Source of the DNA: Eutreptiella sp. 'Long Island Sound 2002'
Lineage: Eukaryota > Protista > Euglenida
NCBI GenBank assembly: GCA_964036045.1
Contig: OZ038378.1
Coordinates: 1,116,001 to 1,180,000 of the forward strand
DNA: 64,000 nucleotides
Direction of reading: 5' to 3'
Numbering within the stretch: the stretch's first letter is position 1; each line of letters starts with the position of its first letter. Below are positions 14,101 to 26,100 of the stretch, one piece after another. A program made the position numbers and the translations under genes. The notes under the pieces are model-generated. The model searched no databases and had not been told where the DNA came from. It saw only the letters and a program-made list of their open reading frames with translations.

Positions 14101-17100
14101 ATTCAACGCCTTGGGGTATGGTCGCAAATAGGCCCCAAAAAGGAGGGGTATGCAGCGTTTTCCCAAAAATGCACGCCCGCCTAAATTCTGATCTAATTTC
14201 TGTACCATTTTGGATGTGTAGGTTGCCCATGACAGGTGCCGTTTTCAACTGTGTAAACCTGCCTGCAACAAACCTCTTTCTTCACCATTCGGCAACCCGT
14301 TTGCCTATGGGGTGACTGGGGGCCGTTCGAACCGGTCTCGCGGCGACCTGCCCCCCAAACTATCCCTCGAAACCAAAGAGGAGGGGGGCTTGGGGAGGTC
14401 TTGCGTGGGCATCCCTCCAAAGGCAGGCAGACCTTATCTGCAACTGCATCGAACAGAGAATGCCTCTGAATGAAGTCAAAGACGTCAGACCTGAGGCGCA
14501 AATGGAACAGGTCCGTGAAAGAACGAGGGGCGCCCCGCCATCTCGCACCATCCACCGCCGACGATGGGTGCGTACGGCCCCGCGCTCGAAGAACAGGAGG
14601 TAGGGAAGAGGGAGGCGGTTGGGGCATGGAATGGGGGTCTATAAACAATGGGGATGGGAGACGACACCCGCGGCGGCAAAGCTCCTTCAAGAGCAGCTCT
14701 GCGCACACACATCTGATACACAGGCAATCACATCGCTGCCACCGCTGGGCTGCATGCATCAAGGACCGCTGTAAAGGCTCCAACAGAGGTCTCGCTTCCA
14801 TAGTGCACCAAGACCCCTTCCACCCCTTCCACAGTTTACCACAACAGCTTTGATATTTGTTTATTTTATTTTATTTTATTTATTTATTTTATTTATTATT
14901 TCGTTTTCGGGGGCAGTATTTGCCTTTGCTCGGACTGCAACTGCACCGGCGTTTCAAGTGCCAGCCGTTGGCAAGTACTGATTCCTTGGCAATCCTTGGC
15001 AAGTGTCAACTGACAGCGGGTACCCACAAATCAGCCAACGGCCATCGGAGGACCACCACCCACCGTCAGTACAGTATCAATGTGGCCGCTCCCCCAGCAA
15101 CAAGCAGGCCCCCGATCGGCCATCTCAGGCTACTCTCCGCGTGGGCCACATTGGGCGAGCGTGCCCTCCACCACAATGGGGCAAATGCCCAAATTGACCC
15201 CAGTGGTGCGACTCTCCGCAGTTCACTGGGGTGGGGGGGGGGGGTTGGCACAAGGCCTCGGTATGGGGGGGGGGGGAGGCCTGCAACACCGGCACTAGTG
15301 GAGCCAAGGCCGGAATAGTCAGATCATTTCCAATGAATGATCAAATATATTACTTTACGCGCAACCGCCGGATAACTGACCGGACCGCAAGCCAATGAGC
15401 CCGAGAGGAGACAGGTTTAGGGTCAGGCTTGGAGTCAGACGGGGGCTGGGGTTCGGGTTGGGATTCGGGGTTGGGCTTCTTCTTGGCCCTCTGAGCATCG
15501 TCCAGATGCGGGCCGCTGCTTGGGGGTCGGTGAAGAGGATGGCGCGATGCCCCTCGTGCCTGGACTTGTCGTCCGGGAATTCCACCCGGACGACTTCGTC
15601 CCGTACCCCCGTGACAGTCCCCATGGCCAAGAAGGCCGGCAGTATGACAGGGGGATGAGTCGGTGTGGTGCACCGTCGACACGGGCGCAACATAGGCCAA
15701 GGGGCACCGGCAACCCCCGCCCACAGGCCGAGGAAGTATCCATATCCGGAGTATCCCAGTATCCAGCAGGCCACTGGAAAAATGGGGAAAATGGGAAAAA
15801 CGAGGGAAAATGAGGGATAATGGGGGAAAATGGGGGGAAATGGGGGGAAATGGAGAAAAATGGTGGAAAATGGGAAGTTGTTACAAATACATCATGGAAA
15901 ATGTATGAAAATGTTCCAACAAGAAAGAAAAATGGAGGAAAATGGTGTAGAAATGGGGGGCAAATGGGTGAAAAATGGGACACGGGCAGGTCCCATTTTT
16001 CCCATTTTTCCTAAAGGCAACCTGCTTCCCCACAGGGCCATGAATAAAAAACCTAGTATCCAAGTATCCGGATGGAAAAATGGGGGAAATGGAGGTATCC
16101 GGAGGTATCCGGAAAACTGGATACTTCCTAGGCTTGCACGGTGTGGTGCACCGTCGACACGGGCGCAACACAGGCCAAGGGGCACCGGCAACCCCCGCCC
16201 ACGGCCGCGCGGGGGCAGTCCCACGCAGCGCTCCTGCTGCTGCACCGGGGGCCACACCTGTTCAATTCCAGGTACAACTTCAGGGCCCGTGCGTACTGCT
16301 GCTCGTGCTCGTACAGCGTCGCCAGCGCCAGCGACAGCGACGTGTAGGGGTCGGAGGCCTCCACTCCTGAGCACACGGCAGCACGCGTGTCGGCCAGGGG
16401 GTGCCATAATGAAGAAAAAAAAAAAACTCGGAGGGTCCAATACGCCCTACGATGGCGGCCGGTGGCTAACCGATGGCGGTTGGTGGGTAACCGATGGCGG
16501 CCGGTGGGTAACCGATGGCGGTTGGTGGGTAACCAATGGCGGTTGGTGGGTAACCGATGGCGGTTGGTGGGTAACCGATGGCGGTTGGTGGGTAACCGAT
16601 GGCGGTTGGTGGGTAACCGATGGCGGTTGGTGGGTAACCGATGGCGGTTGGTGGGTAACCGATGGCGGTTGGTGGGTAACCGATGGCGGTTGGTGGGTAG
16701 CCACCAAACATAAGAGAGTGGATGCCATAGTAAAAAAAAAAAAAAGGGTGAGCGTCCTTATGGCACCCCCTGGTGTCGGCGCTCGCCCTGGCCACGGTCC
16801 GGCCGTGTGGCTGCTACGCTATCTCTGGGAGGGGCACGGGGCGTTTCAGGGGGCGCTCTCCTCGTCCCCCTGATGGACCCATGGACGAGGACCCTCCTCA
16901 GTACTGCGCGTGAAGGAGAGGGAGGCCGGTGCAGCAAACGCCTGCGAAACCGGTCGACGACGGTTGGGAAAGCGGTTAGGGGGGGGGTAGGGGCAGGAGC
17001 GGCGGCTACAAAACCGTTGCAGCCGCAGTTGGAGTCGGAAGGATGCGGTTGGAGCGTGACTGACACGTCAGTGTCGGGGAGGGACCCCCCTCGCCCCCCT

Positions 17101-20100
17101 TGCGAGCGCAGGCCCGACCCTCATCATCATCATCGCCTCCATGTGGGCCTCCGCCGGGCGGGGCATCATGCGCCTGCCTTACCCGCAATGGGGCCTCTTT
17201 GAAAGCCGTCTTCCGAAGCGCCCTGGCTCCCAGAAGAAGGCCCTGCCGCACAGCACCCACGCAGGCACCTGATTGCTTAGCGGGGGGTTTGAGCGTGGAC
17301 CGCCGCTGCTGCACCTCCTGGATCATGTCGTGGGTGGAGTACAGCGACGGTTGCCAGGTCTTCAGGCAATGCACGAAGGCGTGGTGGTCTGGGGACGCAA
17401 ATGCGGGGCGTGTGCAGGGCTGCCGCATACGTACGGGGACTGCAGCCAGGGGTTGGGGTCCGCGTTGTTTGCTCCAGTCTCTGTGTCTGTCCATTGCGGG
17501 GCTGGGGATTCGGATCTTTAATGGCAAAGAAGGTAGGGGGGGGGGGGGGCACTAGGCAGACTTTGTTTATAAGAGGGGGGGAGGGGTCTTTTGGGTGGGG
17601 CTCACCCACCCAAAAAAAAATCTTTGACCCAAAATGTGGCTGGGGGGAAATCAAAATTGAATAAGCGGCCCTTTGTGGGACCCACCCAGACCCCCCCCCC
17701 CTTTGGTACTAATTTCTTTTTAACAAAGCCTGGGGGGGAGGGGGAGTTTAGCTCAGGACTGGAACCCAACCCCCCAACCCCCCCGGTCCGGGGGTGGGGG
17801 GCATTTCTGAATTCCCCGTTTCATTCGGAGCATTTCGAATATACACAAGGCCAGGGGGTACCATCCCCCTTTACCATCCACCACAAAATGGGGGGGTTGG
17901 GGGTTCCGGGGGGGGGGGGGGATTCTTTTTTGGGTTTTGGGCAGGGCTCCTTTTAGGGGGGCGGGGGGTTTAGGGAGGGAGGGTGGGTCGCCCAGTGCTG
18001 AGTCTTTAGAGGCGCCAAAGGTGCCGAAGAAAATTTTTGGTCTGAACTAATTGGCGCCGAAGGCACCAGAGAAGATTTTGACCGGCCAAAGGCCCGGAAG
18101 AAAATTTGGCCCAATCTTTTAAAGGGGTGGGGGGTGTGGTGGGTGGATCTAGGGTGGGTGGGTGGGTGGTGTGCCCCCCCCAGCGGTGCCGAGTTGTTAA
18201 AAGGAGCCCTGGTTTCGGGTTTGAATTCCCCGTTTCAATGTGGGCATTTCGAATATACACACGTACATGTGCAGAGAGGGAGGCTAAGGGGGGGGGGGGG
18301 ATCGGATGTCGAGACTCACGCGTCCGCCAACGGTTTGGGGCTTGCAGGCCCTTCCGCAAAGTGCCATTCCCCACGGGTGCAGGTGAGGGGGTCTGGAGGT
18401 GGGGGGTCCAGCTCTTCACATAACCGCCCCATGTGGGGGTCAAAACTGGCCGAACAAAATTCCGTCGTCTTCGGCACGTCCACCTCACAGACCACTGCTC
18501 CCGCGGCGTCCCACAAAATGGGCCCAGCGGGTCACCTCCATCCATCCTATCTACACAAACGGGCGGATGTTGCAAACAAAGATGCGCTGTCACTGATGGG
18601 CGCCGGCCGATGACCCACGGTTAGCCCACAAGAGCCGCCCCAAAAGAGCGATGCCCATGCCAGGCCCGAGGCCGGATAAGTCCTCACGCCCATACGGGGC
18701 CCAATTGGAAGTACCTGCAGATGGGACCCGGGACCACGGCTATCGATGAGGGGGTGTTCGCAGAGAAGTGCCCCGGGTCTGCATCCCAGGGCCTCCTTAT
18801 CACAATAGGCCGACCAAGTCTCGTCCGCCCCCCCCAAAATAGAGCAACCCTAAAACGAGTTCTCTGCGGACTTGCGGTGAATCACCGGGAAGGAAAGACA
18901 AACGGGTGCCCTGGGGATTCTTCTGGGTGGCATCAGATGCTTGCGTAATCGTGCCCACGGACGAGTAACCACCACCCGAACAGAGTCGAGCAAGGGGAGA
19001 GGCATCGCCTTGGGCCACCTCCCAATAGCGAGCGAAACGCTTGGGCCGGATGGCACCGTCACCGGGCTCCATGGGCTTTTCAAACCGAAAAACAAATTCG
19101 CCCGCGCGTTGCGAGCATGAGTGCATCACGCCTCAGGAAGGTCCGATGCACGGAGGTAAGCAGGAGCAACATCCACACCCTCGGGGGTCTGAAGGGGGTC
19201 CCCAACCAAAACTCGTTGGGGGACACTGCCGTTGCACGGAAGAAGGATCGTGGGGCGCGTTAACCCCGCACGCCAACCCCGTTGGCTCCGGTGCGCAAAT
19301 GGGCCCAAAAGGGGGGTTGGCGTGCCGGCCCGTGCTTGAAGGGGGGGTGTTGCGGGGCGGCGGCGGGAGGGGAATGGGTCTAGGCCCAAAACAATCGCGG
19401 AACAGAAAGGCCTACACAAAAATTGTTCTTCAGTAAATCGCATTTTTTCCCACTCTAAAATTTTTGGCGGGGGGGGGGGTCTATAGGGGGACGGGGGACA
19501 ACACCCATGCCAAAACAAACCAGTCTACTTCAGGCCTGGTATTGTGACGTTGGCCACGCATGGAGGTCCGAGGTGATGCCGCAAGGGGTGGTGATCCGCC
19601 ACCCCCTGGTGCCTTGGCACACACACCCTTGTCTGCGGCAGTGCCCCACGTACCCCTCCAGGCACATACACGCCTCTGCGGGCCTGATCGCCCCAAATTT
19701 CCTACCCCCCCCCCCCGTGTCCAAGAACCAGCAATGTTTGACCGCGGAACCAGGGGTCGGTTCTTGCGCACACTTTTCCCCCTAAATTTGACCGCGGAAC
19801 CAGGGGTTGGTTCTTGCGCACGGCCGTGGGCAACCCCGTACCGCGGAAAAAAAAGTTTCCGGCGCGATGCGCCAGGACATGCCTGCCCTCTCCTTTCCCA
19901 CAGTTAACCACGTTGACAAATGAACACCAAAGAAGTGAATTGCGGCACTGGGCTGTAGTGTGCCTTCCAACGTGCATGGGATGATCTATTGTTCAACTGG
20001 CTGAGACGTGAAACCCTTCTTCCTGTGATACACCATCCTGAATTCCTGTCTGTGCTGCCCCTTGGGGCCAGGCTTCGGTGCTACAGTCGCCTTTGGAGCT

Positions 20101-23100
20101 GGCTTCGGCTTAGGCTTAGGCTTGGGTTCTGGGACGTTAAAATGCATGGGGACTGCATCATCATCCATGATGTCCCTTGTGAAAAACAGCTTGTTGTTGA
20201 AGACATGTGACAAGCCCCAGACACCCCTGGCTGCCTTTGCCCAGATGATATCCACACATTGGTCATTCGCAGAAGCACCATCACCTTCCCCGTCAGAGTC
20301 AGAACTGTCCGCCTGTGAGTGACTGATAGGGTCCCCCCTGATGGGGGGACCCATAGTAACACACATGAAATGATGTCTTGCACACCTGAATAGCTGTCCT
20401 ACATCCACCAGAAACATGAAAAACCCACTACCCTGGTAAAAAAGTGATGCGAGAATTTGACCGCGGAACCAGGGGTTGGTTCTTGCGCAAGGTGGTTCTT
20501 GGACACGGGGGGGGGGGGTACCAACGGAGCTATCCTTCCAATACTCGGGCAAGGGGGGGGGGGGGCTCCGGAACGCCGGCACCGCAGTTCGATTGGTGGG
20601 CCTGGCCAATTCAGGCCCCACCCGGGGGTGCTGGAAGAGGTCGGGTCCTTGGAGTCCAGGTGGGAGGTCCCCAACCAGAGCTGAAACCCCGGCGCCCTGT
20701 GAAAGGGTGGGGGGTTGGAGCAGGGCTTCTTTTGAGCACCCGGGGGGGGAGGGGGGGAGGGGGTTTTGGACCCACAACTTGGTGTACCAAAAATGGCCTG
20801 ACCAGATTTTCCCTATTGTAAATTTCGTTTTTTCCCACTATGGTCACTTTGGTCTGGAGAGGGGGGGATGGGGTTTTGGGGGAGGGGTCCCCCCCTCCCT
20901 TGGTTTTTAATTATTCTAAAGAAGCCCTGGGTTGGAGGGGGGGGATGGTGGAGGGGGTTGCCCGGCTGTCGACCCGCGGGACAGATCGTGGCCCTGGAAC
21001 CGCGTGCGAATCTGGGTCACGCAGCCCCCTGCACGACAGCGCGCTTCAGCGCGGGGCAATGGCGTCCGTGACGGGCATCCGGCTGTCAATTCCACGACCT
21101 CGCCACCACGCCCGTGAGGTCACCATCACCGTCACCGTGCAGCATCGAGCACATGGCCGGCACGCAGCTCGGGCAAACGCGCAGTGCCCCGCACACAGGC
21201 CACCACACCCGTTTTGATGAGGTAGCTCAACACGACTTTGTACGTGTGCATGCTGAGGATGAAGGCCGGCCCCGTCGGGAGGTAGCTCACCACCCACCGC
21301 AACTGCCCCGCCTGCAAACACGCGCGCGCGGCAACTCGGTGTGCCGGGGTGCACGGCCCTGGCAGAGCCCGCGGCGATTCAGAATAGCCACGGCAGAACC
21401 CTGGGGTTGGTACCAACCAAGACGCACAACACATTGCGGGATTCTTCATCAACATGTCACACTCTGTAACCGCCAGCCGCAGTCGGTTGATTGCAAACGA
21501 CAGTCCCTTGAACGCCAGCTTCCCTCTGCCCATGCCACAGGGCCCCCTGCGGTGTCAAGGCCCCCGGTGTTCAGGGTGGCGAAGGCGCTGAGGGCGCGTC
21601 CGGCACTGGGTCAGAGGAGGCCCCCCTCGCGGCGTCGGCCGCAGCGCGAGGGGGGCGCGCACGGAGCATGTCCGCTACTGACCTGGGGACGCCTCCGTCC
21701 CCTGGGCGGGGACCGTCGCCGCGGCACGGTGCGGCTACTTAGGGCCGCTAAAATGCGGCCAAAAACATTGGGGAGCGACGCCGGCGGCTCGGTGCCGGCT
21801 GCAGGAGAGGACCACAAAGAGCCCATGCACAAGCCCCACGCCCTCTGAGCAGGGGCGTCCCGCAGGGCCACCGCTCCTCAGGAAGCCCCGAGGGGTGGCC
21901 TACACAGTCCCCGGACAAGGCTCGGCAGCGGTCTGTGCTGTCCCTGAGGCTGTACCCGACCCGCTGTCCCCCTTGTCGTTGCCCTTGAGATACCACAGGA
22001 ACGTGTTGGGCCCCCCACCCGGTGGCCACCGAGGTCGGGGTGCTTGAATGGCCCCGGGGGGTCCCAACCAGAGCCCCCCATCCCTCCCCCCCGGCAATCG
22101 AAAACCCGGCGCCCTGCGAAGGGGTGTGGGGGTGTGGAGGGTGTTGCCCGGCGGGACAGACCGTGGGCCCTGGACCCGGTGGCCACTGTCCCCCCGACCG
22201 GGCCTGCGCTTGAAGGGGCTGCTGTACACATGCGGGGGATGGGGGGTGGGGGTGGGGCTTTCCTTCCGGCACTTCTCTACGCACTCCACGGGTACAACCA
22301 TCGGCTCTGCCCGTCGCACGTGCGCTGTCCCGCTGGAGAAGCGAAGGAAACAACTCCGGCCCCGTGAGAATCCCGAAGTCGGGGGGCGTCCACCAGCCCA
22401 TACCCCCGGCCACTGCCACTGCGAGGGCCCAACAATGAAATAAAATCCAATGGCCTTCAGACCCCGTGCCGTTTCAGGGGCCCTAAAGTGGGCAGGAATT
22501 ACATGGGCATTGCGCCACTGCCCCAAGTCCCTCCAAGTCCCTCCAAGTCCCTCAAAGTCCCCCAAGTCCCCCAAGTCCCTCCAAGTCCCTCAAAGTCCCC
22601 CACGTCCCCCAAGTCCCTCCAAGTCCCTCAAAGTCCCCCACGTCCCCCAAGTCCCCCAGTTCCCCAGACAAAAAATCGTCGTCAGTCGGCCATGGACCTT
22701 CCCCAGCCGCACTGCATCGCATCGCTCTCCAACCGGCGTTGGGCACGGCCCCTCAAGGACGGCCCTGGGGCCCGCCGCCTTCGCCCGCCGACCTGCCGAC
22801 CCGTCCCAGGGGCGTCCGCCCCCCGCACGCGTGGCGTGCCACACCTTCTCCAGAATCGAAATCCACTTCTCCCACAGCCCCGCGTTGGTGCCCAGGATCT
22901 CTTTGAAGGAGGAACTGGCCGATTTGTAGTCGCCCACCTCCACCAAATGCGTGAGGTACCTGGACGGCAGGGGCCCATGCGGTGCCGGGGCGCGGCGGCC
23001 CCCGAATCCAAGGAGGCGAGTTGCATTGAGGAGGCTTGAGTCGCCCCCAACTCCCCCCCACAACAACAACAAACAAAGGCCAATGCCATTCAGTGCCGGA

Positions 23101-26100
23101 CCCCCGTGGGGGGGGGGGGGTCCGGAGGGGGGCTGGAGGAGGTCACATTTTGTTTCGGGGGCGTTTTTGAAGTCCCCGTTTCGTTCCGAGCATGTGGAAA
23201 TGCACACAAGTTGGGGGCTAAGTTCCCATGCCAAAATCATCGAGAACAAACGTAAAGTGGGGCATCGAGACTCCCGTCCGCCAACCATTTGAAGAAGCCG
23301 GCGTGTAAGCCCAGCGACGGGATCTACACGGCAAAACAGCTGTCCCTCATTGGCGTACGCTGGGGGGTCGGGGGGGGGGGGATAAAGGCGAAGTAGTATG
23401 TCGGTTTCTAGAGGGGGGGGGGGGGGCGGTCCGGCCCCGCACCCGCTCCCAAAAAAAGGAGTAAACACGCGTTCCCGTAAGAACACACATGCAAGTTCAC
23501 GTGCAGGCAGGTGCACTCGGAGCAAACTGGACATGATCAGTGGGTAATCCTTTCCCGAAAGGGCTCCGAAAATGATGATGTTTGTCCCACTCGACGAATC
23601 TCCGGGGGGGGGGGTAAGGCCTAATGAACAAAACAAAGGGGTCTACGGATTCGCCAAAGGACCCTGTGCTCCAAGGGATTGACTTTTGTGCCTCGGCTGC
23701 CGCCCCTTGAAGGGACCTGGCCCCTTTCAGGAAATCAGCCACTCCGTCACGATGTCGTCGCGGTGTATTCCTGACAATAGGGCATGAGCTAAGCAAATCG
23801 TTGGTCGGCTTCCCCAGGTGAACACCGCCATGTGCCAAGAGCTACTGGATTCGGAACCAATCGGACGCCGAAATCAACCCCTTGGGCCGTGTCCAGCAGC
23901 TCTTGCTTTGAGCTTGGCGCGCCTTGAAGCAGTCGGCGCTCGGCCAGGTACCCCCGCCAGTCGGCTAGTGCTGAGGCGGCGGCACCTGAGTCAGCCCCAA
24001 AGAATCCCGCCTGCGACGTGAGGATGGCTCCCAGTTGCTTCCCAGTAGTTGCCTGCCCGACGGAGCGCATCGCTGTTGCCATGGACGGCAATGGTGCCAG
24101 CCTCAGCTGCAAGTTGGTAGCCGCTGCGGTGGCGTGCTCCAGCGGTAAGCTTTGGCACGCGTCCCACGAGGCCTGCAGTTCCGCCGCTAGACGCGCCGCG
24201 TCGTCCATCCCGGCTTGCGGGGCGTTGGTTGACTTCGCCCCTGGGACCGCTGCGGGTTTTGCCACCGCTGGCCCTCTTGAGTTCACCTGAGCACTCGAGG
24301 GCTTCTCCGGCAGTCGCGGGTGCGGCAGCATCGCCGGAAGCCCAGAAAGCAGGGGGGGGGGGTGTGACCTAATTAAAAAACAGACAAATGCAAACCAGAG
24401 GTAATGCACTCCACAGTCAGGCATAAGTGCATCTTTATTCTCTATGCCAAACCTGGTTAAACCTCAAGACACACACTGTGTCTGAAACAGAAAACAGAAC
24501 ATCATGTCTGACTACATTAGTCAGACAATCACAGTCAGTAGCTGTCAGTCAGACATCAGCAATCAGTGTCGGATAAAGCCCAGAAAGCAGGGGGGGGGGG
24601 GGGGTGCGGCGTTCCCCAGGGTTAGAGTTAGGGTTGGGGCTTAGGTATGCGGGGCGTAGTGTCTACTCCGCGCACAGGGTCGCCCCCCAGCCCTACACAG
24701 CGCATTGCACCCGCAGACACACTTTTCGCCCACCGCTTGTAAGGAATGCTCCGGCTTCTTGCAGTTGTGCGTGCGGACACAGTTCAACGCTTCCCCGTAC
24801 CTGCAGCACACAGGCACGGCAGTGAGGGCATGCTACGGCCCATGCACAGGAACCGGAGAACGGCACGGCGCACGCCCAGACCCCCGGACCGCGGCCAGTG
24901 TTCTCCGAGGGCCCAGACCATCGCCTCTGCCCTCGCACATCAATCCTCGGCCTCACCTTGACGCAGTCGGTCGCGCCGTTGCAGAAGCCGCACGGATGGC
25001 AGAGACGCAAGGCGAGAGGAGTTCGGATGGGTGTCGGGTCGGGGCAACTAACTGAGGACCCCCCTCAAACGAAAACGAAACCGGGCATCGAGACTCCCGC
25101 GTCAGCCAACCATTTGAAGAAGCCGGCGTGCAGGCCCAGCGACGGGATCTGCACCTCAGCTACACGGCAAAACTGCTGTTCCCCATTAGCGTACGCTGGG
25201 GGAGCCAGAGGGAAGGGGGGGGGGGCTTGCCATAAAGGCCAAGTAAGTGTGCCGGTTTCCAGACGGGCGTGGCGTTCTCCATTGGTAATGCCAGGGGTCG
25301 CCCGCCCCTCCCCCTTCCCTTTGCCACGTTTGCTAGACATGACGGCGACACCGAACCCGATGTATGACGTGCCGCGCACAGAAGAATCACCGACGCCTTC
25401 GGGGGACGACGTATGACTTCTGCCCCCTCAAATGGCTAGAGGGCGGTGGCTGATCGTGCGCCGTCGCCGGAACCTACATTTTGGACTTCGGGCTCCACCT
25501 CCGAAAGGGCGTTGTGCGACAGGACCGTCGCCCCGTTGTGCGGGGCCGCGACAGCCGCCAACGACGTACCTGAATCGCTTCAATAGCCACGACACATAAT
25601 CATCGTCATCGCACGGTTTGGCAATAATGATTTCCAACGGCGACAGGATGTAGTAGATACTGCAGAAACAAGCGAGGCGTCCAAAACGGGTGCAGGCCCG
25701 GGCTTCAGGCTCCCATACCGAACATAAATACACATCTTCATTGGCATTTCCATGCAACAACAACGCTCAGCATCTTCATGGTAAAGCACACCGTACATAC
25801 ACACACAGACACACAGACACACACACACAAATTGCACACCAAACTACACACTACACACCACACAAGCGGGGGTGCACCGGCGCTGCGCATGCGGCCTTGG
25901 AACGGCCAGTGAAACTGCCTGGCCGGCAGTCAGCTAACAGGGCTTACTGTGAACCAACAGCGCTGGATAATTACTGTTGGTGGTGGCTGTTGCAAGCCAA
26001 CCGCAAGCGGTTGGCGACGCACGACCGGAAAAAAACAAGGAGAACCCGAGAAAACCAGAGGAAAGACCAGACAAATCCGGCTTCAGCATCGGTTGAGCAT

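Noticed and set aside
16451-16702. CRISPR-like appearance of the 21-bp array
   Set aside because: No unique spacers; plain tandem minisatellite in a eukaryotic intron.
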